From NCBI GenBank assembly GCA_964247055.1, contig OZ176055.1:1178001-1242000 (forward strand): 64,000 bases of DNA. Direction: 5' to 3'. Below the pieces are notes generated by a model. It did not search any database, had not been told where the DNA came from, and saw only the letters and a program-made list of their open reading frames with translations. This document shows, in pieces, positions 44,601 to 56,423 of this stretch. The stretch's first letter is position 1; every line of letters starts with the position of its first letter. Origin of the DNA: Paragordius varius (taxonomy: Eukaryota; Animalia; Nematomorpha). Position numbers and translations under genes: made by a program.

Positions 44601-46758
44601 TATATAAAAATGTTTGAGGTTTAAGTATAAATGTCTTAAGCGATGGTTCCTAAAAGAGGTCCTGATAAATCTAGGGGTCTCCCGAAAAATTTGGAGAATT
44701 CAATTAAAAAATAAAACTCAGAAACAATTTAAAGGATTACGAGTGCAAATTATCGAGATTTGTCGCGATATGGGAAAAAATATTTCAAAAATGCAAATAC
44801 AAGGATATTGTGATTGGGATTAATATTATAAAATAATATTTTACATTTTTATCTTACATTTTTTTGAGGGTGGGGGGGGGGTGAGAATTTTATTGGTGGA
44901 GCCTGAACAAAAAAGTTTGGGGACCACTGATCATAAGGCAAAACGTTAAAAGTAATGACTATTTAAAACCGATGATTTTGATCCTTATTACTTTTACAGT
45001 AAAAATTTTAATTAAACAATATATATAATGTAAAGGACTAATATTTTTTAAGCAAAGCATATAATTGATCAGTTTACTTATTTAACCCAAAAATATATAA
45101 TTTTTGGTGAAATTATAATTGAGAATGTGATATCAATTTACAACGCTTAATTTGCAACTAAAAACGATAAGTTGTTTTAAAAAAAATCAAGGTTAAAATA
45201 TGGGGTACTTTTTGAAAAATACCTTCCTTTAAATTTATTTTACTGTATTAATGCGAAAATTTGTTCAGATTTTTTTGAAAAAAAAAACAAAAATTTTAGT
45301 TTATTATTATATGTATTTTGTTTTATACTGTATGATTTTTGATTTTACAGTAAAAACTAAATTATATGGACAAAACTTCAAAATATAAAGACAAAATTTT
45401 TTTTCAAAAGACAACCATACTTTTTAAGCTTTATATTTTATAAATATACTTCTTTGTTTTATTTTAAATTGCATACATATAACTCATATCTATATTGATA
45501 TTTCACTAAATTACATATAATTTATATGAGAAAAATTAAGGTTTCAAAAAAACGTATGTGGTCGTCTTTAGAAAAAAATATTTGTCTTTATATTTAGCGG
45601 TTTTGTCCGTATAATTTCAGTTTTTACTGTATATATATTAAACACAGTTTTGAAACAAAAACGAACACTCTTACAGTTTATGGGTGATGATGAAAGTCAC
45701 ATCCGTTATCTAGCGGCATTACCCTTGTGTATGATTTGGAATGATATAGGCACCTCGGAAAACATAACATTGGAAAAATTGAGACAAATAATTAAAGACC
45801 TGAAAATGGTTTTAAAGGATTGTGGTAAAAAACTTTTATTTTATGTAAATTACTTATTTGAAAAGAAAATTACTTATAAAAGTTGAGTTAGTTTGTTATT
45901 TTATCTGGTTTTTATATGTATTAAAGCAAAAATTATGTCTTACATATATATGATCAAAAAAGGAAGGTTTAAATTATATTTAGCTAAAATTTGTATCACA
46001 GTTTATGTAATATAATGAGAAATGCAACCTAGTTTTTAATAAACAATAACTGTTTTAAGAGAATTTTTTCAATTTTATTTTTATAATATTTACAATAACA
46101 CCCTCGAACAATTTAAATTTACCCTAAAATAAATTATATATAATTAATTAAAAATAACGTATATTTTATATATACTTAAAGAATGAATTTTCGTTTAAAA
46201 TTAACATATATTAAAAAACTATAAACTGTGCTTTAAAGAAATATTCATATAATGAAAACTTATCTTAGCCCGAAAATACATAATTTATTTTTAGGGTTAA
46301 TTTGATTTGTTCGAAGGTGAATCTGATTTGTTTAAAAGTGAATCTGAGTTTAAATGGTATATATAAAACTATTTTGAATTTCTAATGCTCTGCAAGTCTC
46401 TTTATCCATTCAATAATATTTAGGTTACCTCGTATGCTATATTGAACATGTAAATCTTTACAATTCCGTGCATGAAAAAAGAGTTATAGAAAATCTCAAA
46501 AATTTACTCTTAACTGATGTGGTTAATGAATCAACCAATCAACTAAACAATACTAATGATTTTTTTTATGTACTTAATCAAAAATTAGCTATTGTGTCTA
46601 CGCATAAACCTTACGTAATATGTAATTTCCACAATAATCTTAAATTACCAGCCCTAAGACTAACGTTTAAATCCTGGCCAAATTTAATGTCCGAAGCACA
46701 AATGAAAGCGTTTTTGGACATTTTCGCTGAAAAAATTGAACAGACATTTATATCGTAA
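38160..46758 (+). CDS. SPTLC1: Serine palmitoyltransferase subunit 1 (LCB1)
   Basis: Exons 38160-38285, 38310-38484, 38508-38615, 39721-40071, 40948-41046, 41828-41936, 42015-42079, 43065-43250, 44363-44599, 45648-45824, 46424-46758 (655 aa). Motifs [98 protein letters not shown]. Confidence 0.94.
39030..39310 (+). mobile_element. Heavily decayed LINE reverse transcriptase fragment in a SPTLC1 intron
   Basis: Frameshifted pieces [13 protein letters not shown] (cf. QG.VLSP.LF.I..DWV) and TILHKDD (cf. L.YADD) at RT-like spacing; GC higher than the flanks. Confidence 0.4.
44641..44929. mobile_element. hAT-type MITE in a SPTLC1 intron
   Basis: Right end AAAAGTTTGGGGACCACTG, degenerate left end CGATGGTTCCTAAA; flanking 8-mers GTCTTAAG / ATCATAAG match at 6 of 8 positions, as for a decayed 8-bp TSD. 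Confidence 0.6.
45348..45629. mobile_element. Tc1/mariner-type MITE (family C), ~280-300 bp; other copies 10892-11297 (two left ends), ~27540-27820, 28948-29222, 41428-41723, 44021-44302, 48267-48521, ~49430-49660, 53781-54088, ~57715-57973, partial ~7400-7700
   Basis: TA|CAGTAAAAACTAAAATTATA.GGACAAAAC...TTTTGTCCGTATAATTTCAGTTTTTACTG|TA; long imperfect TIRs containing AAAGACAACCATACTTTT. Confidence 0.82.
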
Positions 46759-46790
46759 TTTTTCTGTTTGTTTATGCTCTTCTGTTAAAT

Positions 46791-47068
46791 AAATTGATGA
46801 AATAAATTTTAAATTTACGGACAAAACATAAAAACTAAATTATTAAAATTTAATCATAAAATTAATGAAATAAATTTAAAATTTACGGACAAAACATAAA
46901 AACTAAATTATTAAAATTTTAATCATAAAATTAATGAAATAAATTTAAAATTTACGGACAAAACATAAAAACTAAATTATTAAAATTTTAATCATAAAAT
47001 TAATGAAATAAATTTAAAATTTACGGACAAAACATAAAAACTAAATTATTAAAATTTTAATCATAAAA
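46791..47068 (+). repeat. Minisatellite, 4 x ~69 bp
   Basis: TACGGAC recurs at 46816, 46884, 46953 and 47022; units nearly identical; the core resembles the family C MITE end. Confidence 0.92.
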
Positions 47069-47640
47069 ACAATTATACATATATTTTTTAAGATTTTTTA
47101 ATTATAAATTATGGTTTTAAACGTGGAAAATAGGAGACAAAGCCCCTTTGTAATAATCATTTATATAAAAAAACTGGAATCAAATAATATGGTTTTCCTT
47201 ATATAAGGCATATTAATTAGTCTTTTTGACGTTTTTTCGTTTTGTCTTTATAATTTACTTTTTATATACTTTGTAAAAATTGTTAGTTGCAATAAATTTT
47301 ATATTATTATTATTATTATATACATCGGATGATAAAAAGAACATATATTATAAAACTTATCTAATATATTTCTCAAACTTTATATGGAGGTATATTACAA
47401 TAATTTAATATAAGAAGGGTGAGTTGCAAACTAGATATAAAGTGTAATTTAAGATTCAGAGTGCATTTTTTAAATTAAAAACTGCTATGTAATGTATCCA
47501 TTTGCTCTTTGTAAAATCCTTATAAGATGTAGTATTTGGTCATATATATGTGCCATAAAACAAGTTAATACTTAATCTGATAATTTTATACACATATTAA
47601 ACAATCTGACAAATTTTATCAATTTTCATTTTCAAAAAAA

Positions 47641-50600
47641 TCATTCCAGGTAAGAATTGAAATGGTAATTTGAGATAGGATCATCATCCCTTATGGCATA
47701 GGTTGTAGGCTGTCGCTTAGATTTTACTAGCGGCCTTTTAAACACGCCGCTTGTTTTATACATGAGTTTAGAGATTTTTCGTTTAGCACGTCGCGTCTGT
47801 AGATCTATCCAACCATTGGGTGGTCTTTCATAATAAAATTGTGATGAGGTACAGGGTAATACATTGCTATCTATGGAAAGTGAATTAACTTTATTGTTGG
47901 TGTTAGTGTTAGATTGTTCTATGTTATTATTAGCGGCAATATCATTAGGAAAAGGGTGTTGTTGATATGTTTGATATAATTGATTACCAGCAGTCGCTAT
48001 TTTTGTGCCGGCTTTTATAGGGCTCTCATAGTTTTGGGGGAAAGAAAGGATTCCGTTTGAAATTTTTAGTGTTTGATCATTTAAATTTGATGATGTGTCG
48101 TTTAAATTTTGTTGATGAATTTGATATCCAAAATTTCCACCAAACGTTCTAATTTGTCATAAAATAAAATATAAGTGAAATAGGAATTGATAAAATTGTG
48201 CAAAAAATCTATATTTACCAATTTATTTAGAGATATTTTTTACTTTTTAAGTATAATCAAGTTAAACAGTAAAAATTAAAATTATACGGGACAAAAAGTA
48301 AAATGTAAAGACAAATATTTTTATCTAAAATAGAAAACCACCATCAATCGTTAAATTATATTAAAATAAAATCTTGTTATCTCCTCACATCTTAATTTTA
48401 TAGTTTGGAATGATGAGTTATATTTAAATAAATCAGGATTTTGAAATAATGGTTGTTTCTTATAAAAATAATATTTGTCTTTATATTTTTATTTTTGTCC
48501 AGAAAATTTCAATTTTTTACTTTTTGACAATATTTAATCAATTTGTCATTTATAAAAGTGAATTTATAGTATAAAATTAATTGAATATTTTATAATATAT
48601 AAACAATATTGATACATTACCTAAAAACTCCACGTAAAAAGGTCAAATACATTACAGGTGCTAGGCCAATCAAATAGCAAAAGGTTGTTAAATCTATAAG
48701 GCTATAAGAGAAATAAATAATTGATTTATTTTATTTATGATAAATATTTTATAATATTAACTGATTTTCACCAAATTTAAATTTTTAATTTATAATCTTT
48801 TAGGGGGCGTGATATTTTCTCGTGATGCTTTATAAATCCAAGGTTATAGTTTAGTTTTTCATATTTTTTGTTAATGTTTTCCACTATTTTTTTACTATAT
48901 AAGAATATATAGTTGTTTTGGTATTTAATAATATATCGTGAGTGATAGCTAATTTCTTTGGAGTCTAATAAAAGTATTCATGTGTTTAATATTAAATTTC
49001 TAAGATAATACCTATGATCAAATTTTTTAGCGAAATTATTTTAATATATGAAAAAAATGTTTTAAACCATCAAGCTTTTATAAAGATGACCCTAAATTAC
49101 AGCAGAAAAGTGTCTGTTTTAAGTAAAATAACGTTTTTTACAATACAATTCATGGCGTTTCTTAAAAAATGGGCTAAAATAGATAGGGTTAAAATAGTTT
49201 TATATCATATCACATTATTTAGTTAACTCAATAAATTTAGTTTAAATATAAAATAATATGATTAAAAGTATTTATATTTTTCCAATTTTTTACAAATTAG
49301 GCAAAATTAATTATACCAAAGACCAGGACTTAAACCCAACATAACTAGCACGGAACCAATCAGCTGAGTGGCATTGAGAATGGCCAAACTGGAACAATAC
49401 TTGTAAAAAGATTTTTTCTCTATAAAAAATGAATATTGAAATTATACGGACAAAATGTAAAAATATAAAGACAAATATTTTTTTCCCGAAAAGACAAAAC
49501 CATACTTTTTTAAATCTTGATTTATTTCAATATAACTCATTGTTTTAAATGGCAAAGTTTGAAATAGAGATATATAATACAATCAATTCTATATTATACA
49601 TTTGGGACTAAATAAGCTTGGGAAACATTTAGATTTTAAGAGTATAGTTGTCTTTTCTTGTAAATTTTTATCCTATAAAACATTGGAATCAATTAGAGAA
49701 TAAAAGATATGAATTTTTGGAAATATGTACAGTAAAAATAAAAATTATACAAACAAAACGTAAAAATTAAAAAACAAATATTTATTTTTATGTAAAAAGA
49801 CAACCACCTTATTAGTTTCAAGAAAAACTATATTACATTTTCAAAAATCTAATTGAGTTATAATTAGATGTCTTTTCATTATTTTCTAGCTAAAATTATA
49901 AGTTCTATTTTAAATTTTTTAAAAAATTTTGGGGGAAAAAAATTAAGAGATTAATTGGATATACTTGGAAGTATGAGTCTACTCCTTAGACTTGTGTGGG
50001 GTAATAACACGATAACGATATACATCTAAAAAATAATTAATTAAAATGATTATAAAACATTAAACAGTTTCCTATGGTAAAAATTATACCATTTACAATT
50101 CAAATTCACCCATGAACAATTCAAATTTACCCTTGAACAATTCAAATTTACCCTAAAAATAAATTATGTGTTTTTTGGCTAATAAAATAATATTAATAAT
50201 TACATTATATGATATCACTCTTTGGAGCGGTCATATCCGTAAACTATTTCGCCATAGAACCCTGTCTGTGGCGTCCTCACGTTTTGGGTTCAGTTTTGCC
50301 ATGTCCCTCTTAACTGTATCTATCCATCGCGTTTTAGGGCGCCCTTTTCCCCTCTTGCCTATAATCATCAATCTTTTTACCAATGTAATTATTATCTCTT
50401 CTTTCCACATTTCCAAACCATCTTAGATGATCTAACATCATCTTTTGCGTTACCGGTTTGATTTCCGTACTTCCTTTAATGTACACATTCCTCACCTTGT
50501 CATTTCTCGTTGCACCGCACATCAATCTAAGCATTCTGATTTCAGTAACCTCAAAGTGCCTCTCTTCTGATTTCTTTATTGCCCATGTCTGTGAGTTGTA

Positions 50601-53600
50601 CATCATTGTTGGTTGTACAACAGCACTGTAAATCTTACCTTTTACTTTTAGGTCAATGTTTTTATCGCACAAAACATTTGAGATCTTTTTATAATTTGCC
50701 CAACTATTTCGAATTCTTAAATTAATATCATGCGTTAACGAGCCATCTGCTGCTAAAATAGCTCGTAAATATTTTCATTCCTTCTGACCTTTAAATATCC
50801 CCACCAAAATTTATAAGTTCCGTTTTCTTTTATTAAGTTTTATTCCGCATCGTCGTAACACGTCAATCCATTTACCCACCAATTCTTTCAATTCCTGCAA
50901 ATCGTCGGACAGCACTATTAGGTCGTCTGCATAAAGAAAATACCAGCCATCATGTTGCCCCACTTTTTTTGAAATTTCGCCCAGGCATATTATAAAGAGT
51001 AACGGGCTGATTGCTAACCCTTGATAGACCCCTTGGTTTATTTCAATAGGATCTGACACTCCCTGGTGTGTTTTAACTTTGGTTTGATGTATCTTACATG
51101 CTTTTTTGAATCTTTATGTAGCTTTCAGGGACGTTTTTTTATCTTAAACTCCACCATGTTGTACTCCGTGGTATTCTGTCGAACGCCTTTTTTCTATTTA
51201 TCGTTTTATTTGAATATAACATATTCCGAATCATGATTCTTATTCCTCAGTCATCCATTTTTTTGGTTAATTTTTTGGTTACATCATATATTTTAGTGCT
51301 TAGCTTATCATTTATTATTCTTATTTATTGTGTTTTTGTTTTTTATGGGTATCTTTTGTAAGGCGTGCAGGCCAGACCTGGCCAGTCCTGCACGGAGGTA
51401 GGGGCCAATAGGGATAAGGAATGTTGTAGAGTGTGTTTTGCCAGTATAAATGTTGGTTCGTTAAAAAGTAAGTTATATGATTTAGTTGAAACTATGAGGG
51501 TAAATGTAAATTTTTTGTGCATTCAGGAAACCAGATACCGTGATAAAATGTTTTATTCAGGTTATGGTTACAGTGGGGTCGCCATAATAGTGTGTCCAAG
51601 ACTTGCCAATCAAGTAATTGAGGTTAAACGTGCTGACAGTAGCATTATAAGTGTGTCGACCTATTATTTAATAAAAGGGTTTTTACCATCTTTAGCGTTT
51701 ATGCCCCCCAGATAGGGTTAACTAAACCGGAGAAAGATAAATTTATGATTTGTTAGACGCAGAAATGACTTCATTAAAGAAAGACAGAGAAATCATATCT
51801 TGAGGTAATTTCAATGGGCACGTGAAATAGGAGAGGTTTTGAGCCTTGGCATGGCGGAAAAGGCTACGGGGTTATAAAGGAAGAAGGGGCTAGTTTATTA
51901 AGATTTAAATACCTTTTTTTACTAAAAGGGACACCCATTTAATTCCCTACGAAAGTGGAAATAAGAAGTCACAAATCGATTAAATTCTGGTACCACGAAA
52001 GTCTAAGTTTGTTGTGGACTGCAAAGTCATACCTAACCTGCAGATTAGCACCCAACATAATTTAATTATGTGTAAATATATTACAGATGTACCAATAAAT
52101 ACTAAAAAGCCTAAGCTTATAGCGCCGAAGGTAATTCAATCGGATTCTTTAAGAAATAGTAAAGAAATATTTGTAGAAACGGTAGGAATACTAGACAGGA
52201 ACAGTGATCCAGAAAAGGTTTGATCTCACAGTGGCAAAAAAAAATAGAGAGACGGGAGTTAAGGTGTGCGGAATGAAAGGTGGCAGAAATCACAGGTTTA
52301 TAGAGAGGCATGGCTGAAAGACGAAAAAATAATTCTGAAATCGCGAAAGAAAAGAAAGCTTTTAAAATGTGGAAGTTTACCGACCAAGCAGAAGACAAGG
52401 ATAAATATAAAAGGATTAATAAGGAACTTAAAAGGCTTGCAAGTTTGTCAAAAAAGAAAAGACCGCATCATTATATGAAGAGTTGAACAGTAAGCAAGGT
52501 CTAAACAAAGTTTTAAAAATTGCTCGACAAAGACATAGAAGAAAGCTGGACTTGCCTCCTTACGCGACAGCTATTAAAGATAAAAATGGCAAATTACTCG
52601 TTGAGGAAGAGTAAATATTGAAAAGGTGGAAAGAACATTTTCAGGACCTTGAATTGGGCGTCAGTGAAACAAATTTACGCGAAGCACCAGATTATATATC
52701 TGCGCATATTGAAAGTATAACAAAAGGAGAAGTCAGGGCTAGTTTAGAAGAGATGTCAATAAATAAGCCTGCAGGTCCAGACGATATTAACATAAACTGT
52801 TGGAAAATAATGTCAGAGAAAGGTAATGAATTTTTGGCGAAGTTACTACAGGTATGATACCATCCGAATGGCAGGAGAGTTTCACTCTTCCTATTTTCAA
52901 GGGTAAAGAAGATAATGATTGTAATAATTACAGAGGGATAAGATTGATGTCGCATACAATAAAGTTATTTGAGAAAGTACTAGAGAAAAGAATGAAAAAA
53001 CTGGTTAATATAGAGGGTAATCAATTTGATTTTATTCCAGGAAAATCCACTATTGATCCGATTCACGCAGTAAGAAGGTGAATCGAGAAGCATATAGAAA
53101 TAAAAAAGGAGTTGCATGGTATTTGTATTGATATTGAAAAGGCGTTTGACAGAATACCTCGGAGTACAATATGGTGGAGTTTAAGACGAAAAAACGTTCC
53201 TGAAATTTACATAAAGATTCTAAAAAGCATGTATGATTCACACCAAACCAAAGTTAAAACACACCAGGGAGTGTCAGATCCTATTGAAATAAACCAAAGG
53301 GTCTATCAAGGGTTAGCAATCAGCCCGTTACTATTTATAATATGCATGGACGAAATTTCAAAAGAAGTAGATTTTCTTTTTTGGCTATAACTCATCATTA
53401 ATATGAAATATATTTTTGTGGCATAGTTTATTATTTTTTCAGTATTATTTTAATTTTAAACAAAATTTGATTTTTTTTAAATACCTATAAAAATATAGGT
53501 ACTTTTTAACTTTAAAAGACACATAATTTGTTAAAGGGTAAATTTGAATTGTTTAAGGGTCAATTTGAACTGTAAATGGTATAAATACTTCAATGGCACA

Positions 53601-55294
53601 AAATCAAAATAACATTAGAAATATTTAAAAAATAACTAGGCATAGAATAATATATTAAAATTCGATTTTTTTAATTGTATAAAAAAATGACTAATTTAAT
53701 TTATCAAAAAAATATAGTATTGCCTATAAAATATTAATAATAAAAAAAATATAAAATCGAGTTTCATAACCTTTGGGATCCAGTAAAAATTGAAATTATA
53801 CGGACAAAATGTAAGAATATAAAGACACACATTTTTTCTAAAAGACAACCCTACTTTTTCAAATTCATTATTTATTCAAAAATTACTAAATATTTTGGGT
53901 TGCAAAATAGGGATTAGGTATGTAAATTGTTAATAACTCAATTACTAACAATTTAAAAAGGTAATTAAAAAGTTTATGTAATCAAATTTAAGGTTAGAAA
54001 AAGTCTGGGGTTGTCTTTTAGAGAAAAAATAGTCTTTAAATTTTTATGTCGTTTTTTGTCACCCATAGTATAATTTTAATTTTTACTGCATATGTATCAC
54101 ACAAAAAATTAAGTTTTATTCAAATTAATTGATATACCATGGCGAATAAAAGTGACGTAACAAGTAAAAATATTGGACCACCATGGTGAAAAATGTCAAA
54201 TTCAATTTTGGGTTCTAGGACAACCCAATCACTGTCGGGCGAATCTTGCGGGTAACTAATTATTTTTGATAAATTCTTTGCATTTAAAGAGTTTGATGAA
54301 TGAAAATGGGAAAATAAGTGCGTACGAAGTGAGATTTGAATCAATTTTTCACCAAACTCTAAGTAAGACTTTACAGAAATTATTGCATAAAAGTTACTTG
54401 AATTACAGAATAAATTAGGGAGAATGTTGATGAAAAAAACATGACCCAACGGATACTGCGATTGCTATCGATATGAGCTAAGTAAAATTATAAAGACAAA
54501 AAAAAATTTCAAGGTAAAAACATTTAAAGTATAAGCGCAATATATTATATCAAAACCATGATTTTATTCTATATAACCTGGATGATTACAAATCTAAAAT
54601 TGAAGGTACGTATTAAAAAAACTTAAAATGGATTTAGACAAAAGGCAAAGTTTTGATAAATTAAAAGAAAATTATACAAGTTTTATCCAAATTAATGTGA
54701 TAAAAACAAACAAATCTGATCGTAATGAAATAAAACGAGTTTTATTATAAGGTTCATTATCAAAAATACATAAATTTGGGATTAGAACAAATTCTTATTT
54801 ATTACATATCGTCTACGATAAAAAATTAAATTTTTGCTTTGCTTTGAAAAAAATTTTACCGCACAAAAATTATATAAAAAATTATTAATATACCAAAAGC
54901 GACGCCAAATATGAGTACAGATAATTCGGTAAATAGCATGAAATAACGAAGTACTAGCCATAAAATTTTATCAATCGTATCCTCAATGGGATTATTGATG
55001 TTAAGAACCATGTACATTATGCAACGTAAAATATTTAGGAGATTACACATCCAAATCTACAAAAATATTTTTAATATGTCATATACTAAATAGTAAAATG
55101 CACTAATTATTGGATAATTTGCAGCTCTGAGTTTTAACCGTGCACGCCGATACCGAACTAACAAAAAAATGAGAAATGCCAAGTTTGGCAATAAAATCAG
55201 AAAATCCCATAATCGTATCCTTTATCATAATAAATTAATAATACCTAGATTGACCTAATTGATAGATTAAAATCCACTTGCAGACAGAAGTCAT
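47641..55294 (-). CDS. TPRA1: Transmembrane protein adipocyte-associated 1 (GPR175) homologue
   Basis: Exons (minus) 55294-55245, 55219-55087, 55056-54894, 54477-54398, 54368-54138, 50025-49965, 49419-49317, 48701-48621, 48148-47641 (469 aa). Motifs SRIRLWDFLILLPN, DKILWLVLRYFMLFTELSVLIFGVAF, FDIFHHGGPIF, KKSFYKYCSSLAILN, DLTTFCY...PVMYLTFLRGVF follow TPRA1 in order. Start codon inferred from an in-frame TGA just upstream. Confidence 0.88.
50182..53376. mobile_element. Decayed RTE-clade non-LTR retrotransposon with inverted 5' part, inserted into a MITE inside a TPRA1 intron
   Basis: Plus strand ~51360-53370: APE endonuclease (INVGSL, LCIQETR, GVAIIV) and RT N-half (GPDDI, NYRGIRLMSHTIKLFEKV, DIEKAFDRIPR, GLAISPLLF). 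Minus strand ~51190-50215: RT C-half (YADD, LRWFG..ER, GRPKTRWIDTV, DRVLWR) with an AT-rich tail. Flanked by TTTTTTGGCTA at 50171-50181 and 53377-53387. Many stops and frameshifts. Confidence 0.9.
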
Positions 55295-55512
55295 CGATTG
55301 TCAGTGTAATATTACATTCATAAACACATTAGAAAACTACTTTGACTGAAACTCTCAGGTCGAATTGATCTTGTTTGACCTCTGATACTGATATGTTAAA
55401 AGCCTTGCTGAAAGTGTTAAACAAGAATATTATATATGCTTTATATAAACTTATCATATATCCCTAAAAGTCAACCCGACCCCTGACGCAACTAGACGGC
55501 TGTCACTGAACA

Positions 55513-55583
55513 ACCATTGACTGGTGTATGGAAGGGCAGCAAGGGACGTCTTTTGTGGAGAGTGGAGACGTGGTCTGCTACAT
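55513..55583 (+). repeat. GC-rich structured element, copy 2
   Basis: ACCATTGACTGGTGTATGGAAGGGCAGCAAGGGACGTCTTTTGTGGAGAGTGGAGACGTGGTCTGCTACAT, followed by ATTTT. Confidence 0.7.
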
Positions 55584-55790
55584 ATTTTCCTAATACCACT
55601 TAATACCTTATTAAATTCCGTTGTTGAAATAGATTATGCATTTCCGCATTCTCAAAATATTTTTACGTGGTGGCAAATTAAGAAATATTATATCGTTAAT
55701 ATCCAAATATATAAGATAAATATAATATTTAAATTTAATAATCAAATATCATTTTTGATTATATTTATTATTAAAATTTTTAACTCATAT

Positions 55791-56381
55791 TTAACACTTG
55801 GATACAAGACACTCATTTAATTCCTTCGATTCAAATTGGGGTAGTTGGATACCCCAGGCCTGTTTAAAATCAAATACTTTAAAAAGTATGGAAGGAATCG
55901 AAACTATGGGAAAATTTTGCACTTATATAACATTAATAAACCGAAATATATAAAAAATTTTATTAAAAAATACTGGATATTACTTAATTTATGTTAAAAC
56001 CAAAAGGTAAAAATTTCGTCAACCTGACATGTGTCAAATGGTAAAATTAATAAATAAAACAAAATAAACCGCGTTTTCTATTTCTATCAAGGTTAGATGT
56101 AATTTATATTAAAAATTAGCTTTAGTTTTACAACTAAAAATTGAATGATGACGATATTTTGCAAAAATTTTGTAAAATAAAAATGGCGTCCAAGTAGTTT
56201 GAGATGGAACTTTTTTTTCAAAACAATTTTTTATCAAGATATTTTTTCATATTTATATAATTTTTATCAGGATAGAAGCATATATTTAAATTGAAACCGT
56301 TTCCTTCAGTAGTTTTATAAAAATATTATTTTATATTTAGTCTGGGGTATTTAGATACCCCAATTTGTATCGAAGTGTTAA
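55791..56381 (-). mobile_element. piggyBac-type MITE (family A) between TPRA1 and the B3GAT gene
   Basis: Reverse-complement copy with TTAA at both ends. Confidence 0.85.
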
Positions 56382-56423
56382 TATAATAACGTTAAAAATA
56401 AATTACACCTATTGTACTATTTT

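Noticed and set aside
44500-44823. SPTLC1 apparently truncated by a stop at 44605-44607, and ORF 44614-44823
   Set aside because: A donor at 44600 joins in frame to 45648; the downstream ORF lies in a hAT-type MITE.
46791-47068. 69-bp periodic array as a CRISPR
   Set aside because: Units are identical along their full length, with no variable spacers or cas genes.
51362-51400. Hairpin GTGCAGG...CCTGCAC at the RTE 5' region as an HDV-like ribozyme
   Set aside because: Could not assemble the nested double pseudoknot (no UYCNCGY loop or matching P1/P2).
55524-55820. 98-aa ORF as the first exon of the glucuronosyltransferase
   Set aside because: A better start with a type II membrane anchor exists at 56424; this ORF begins at GTG in the repeat element and has no homology signal.
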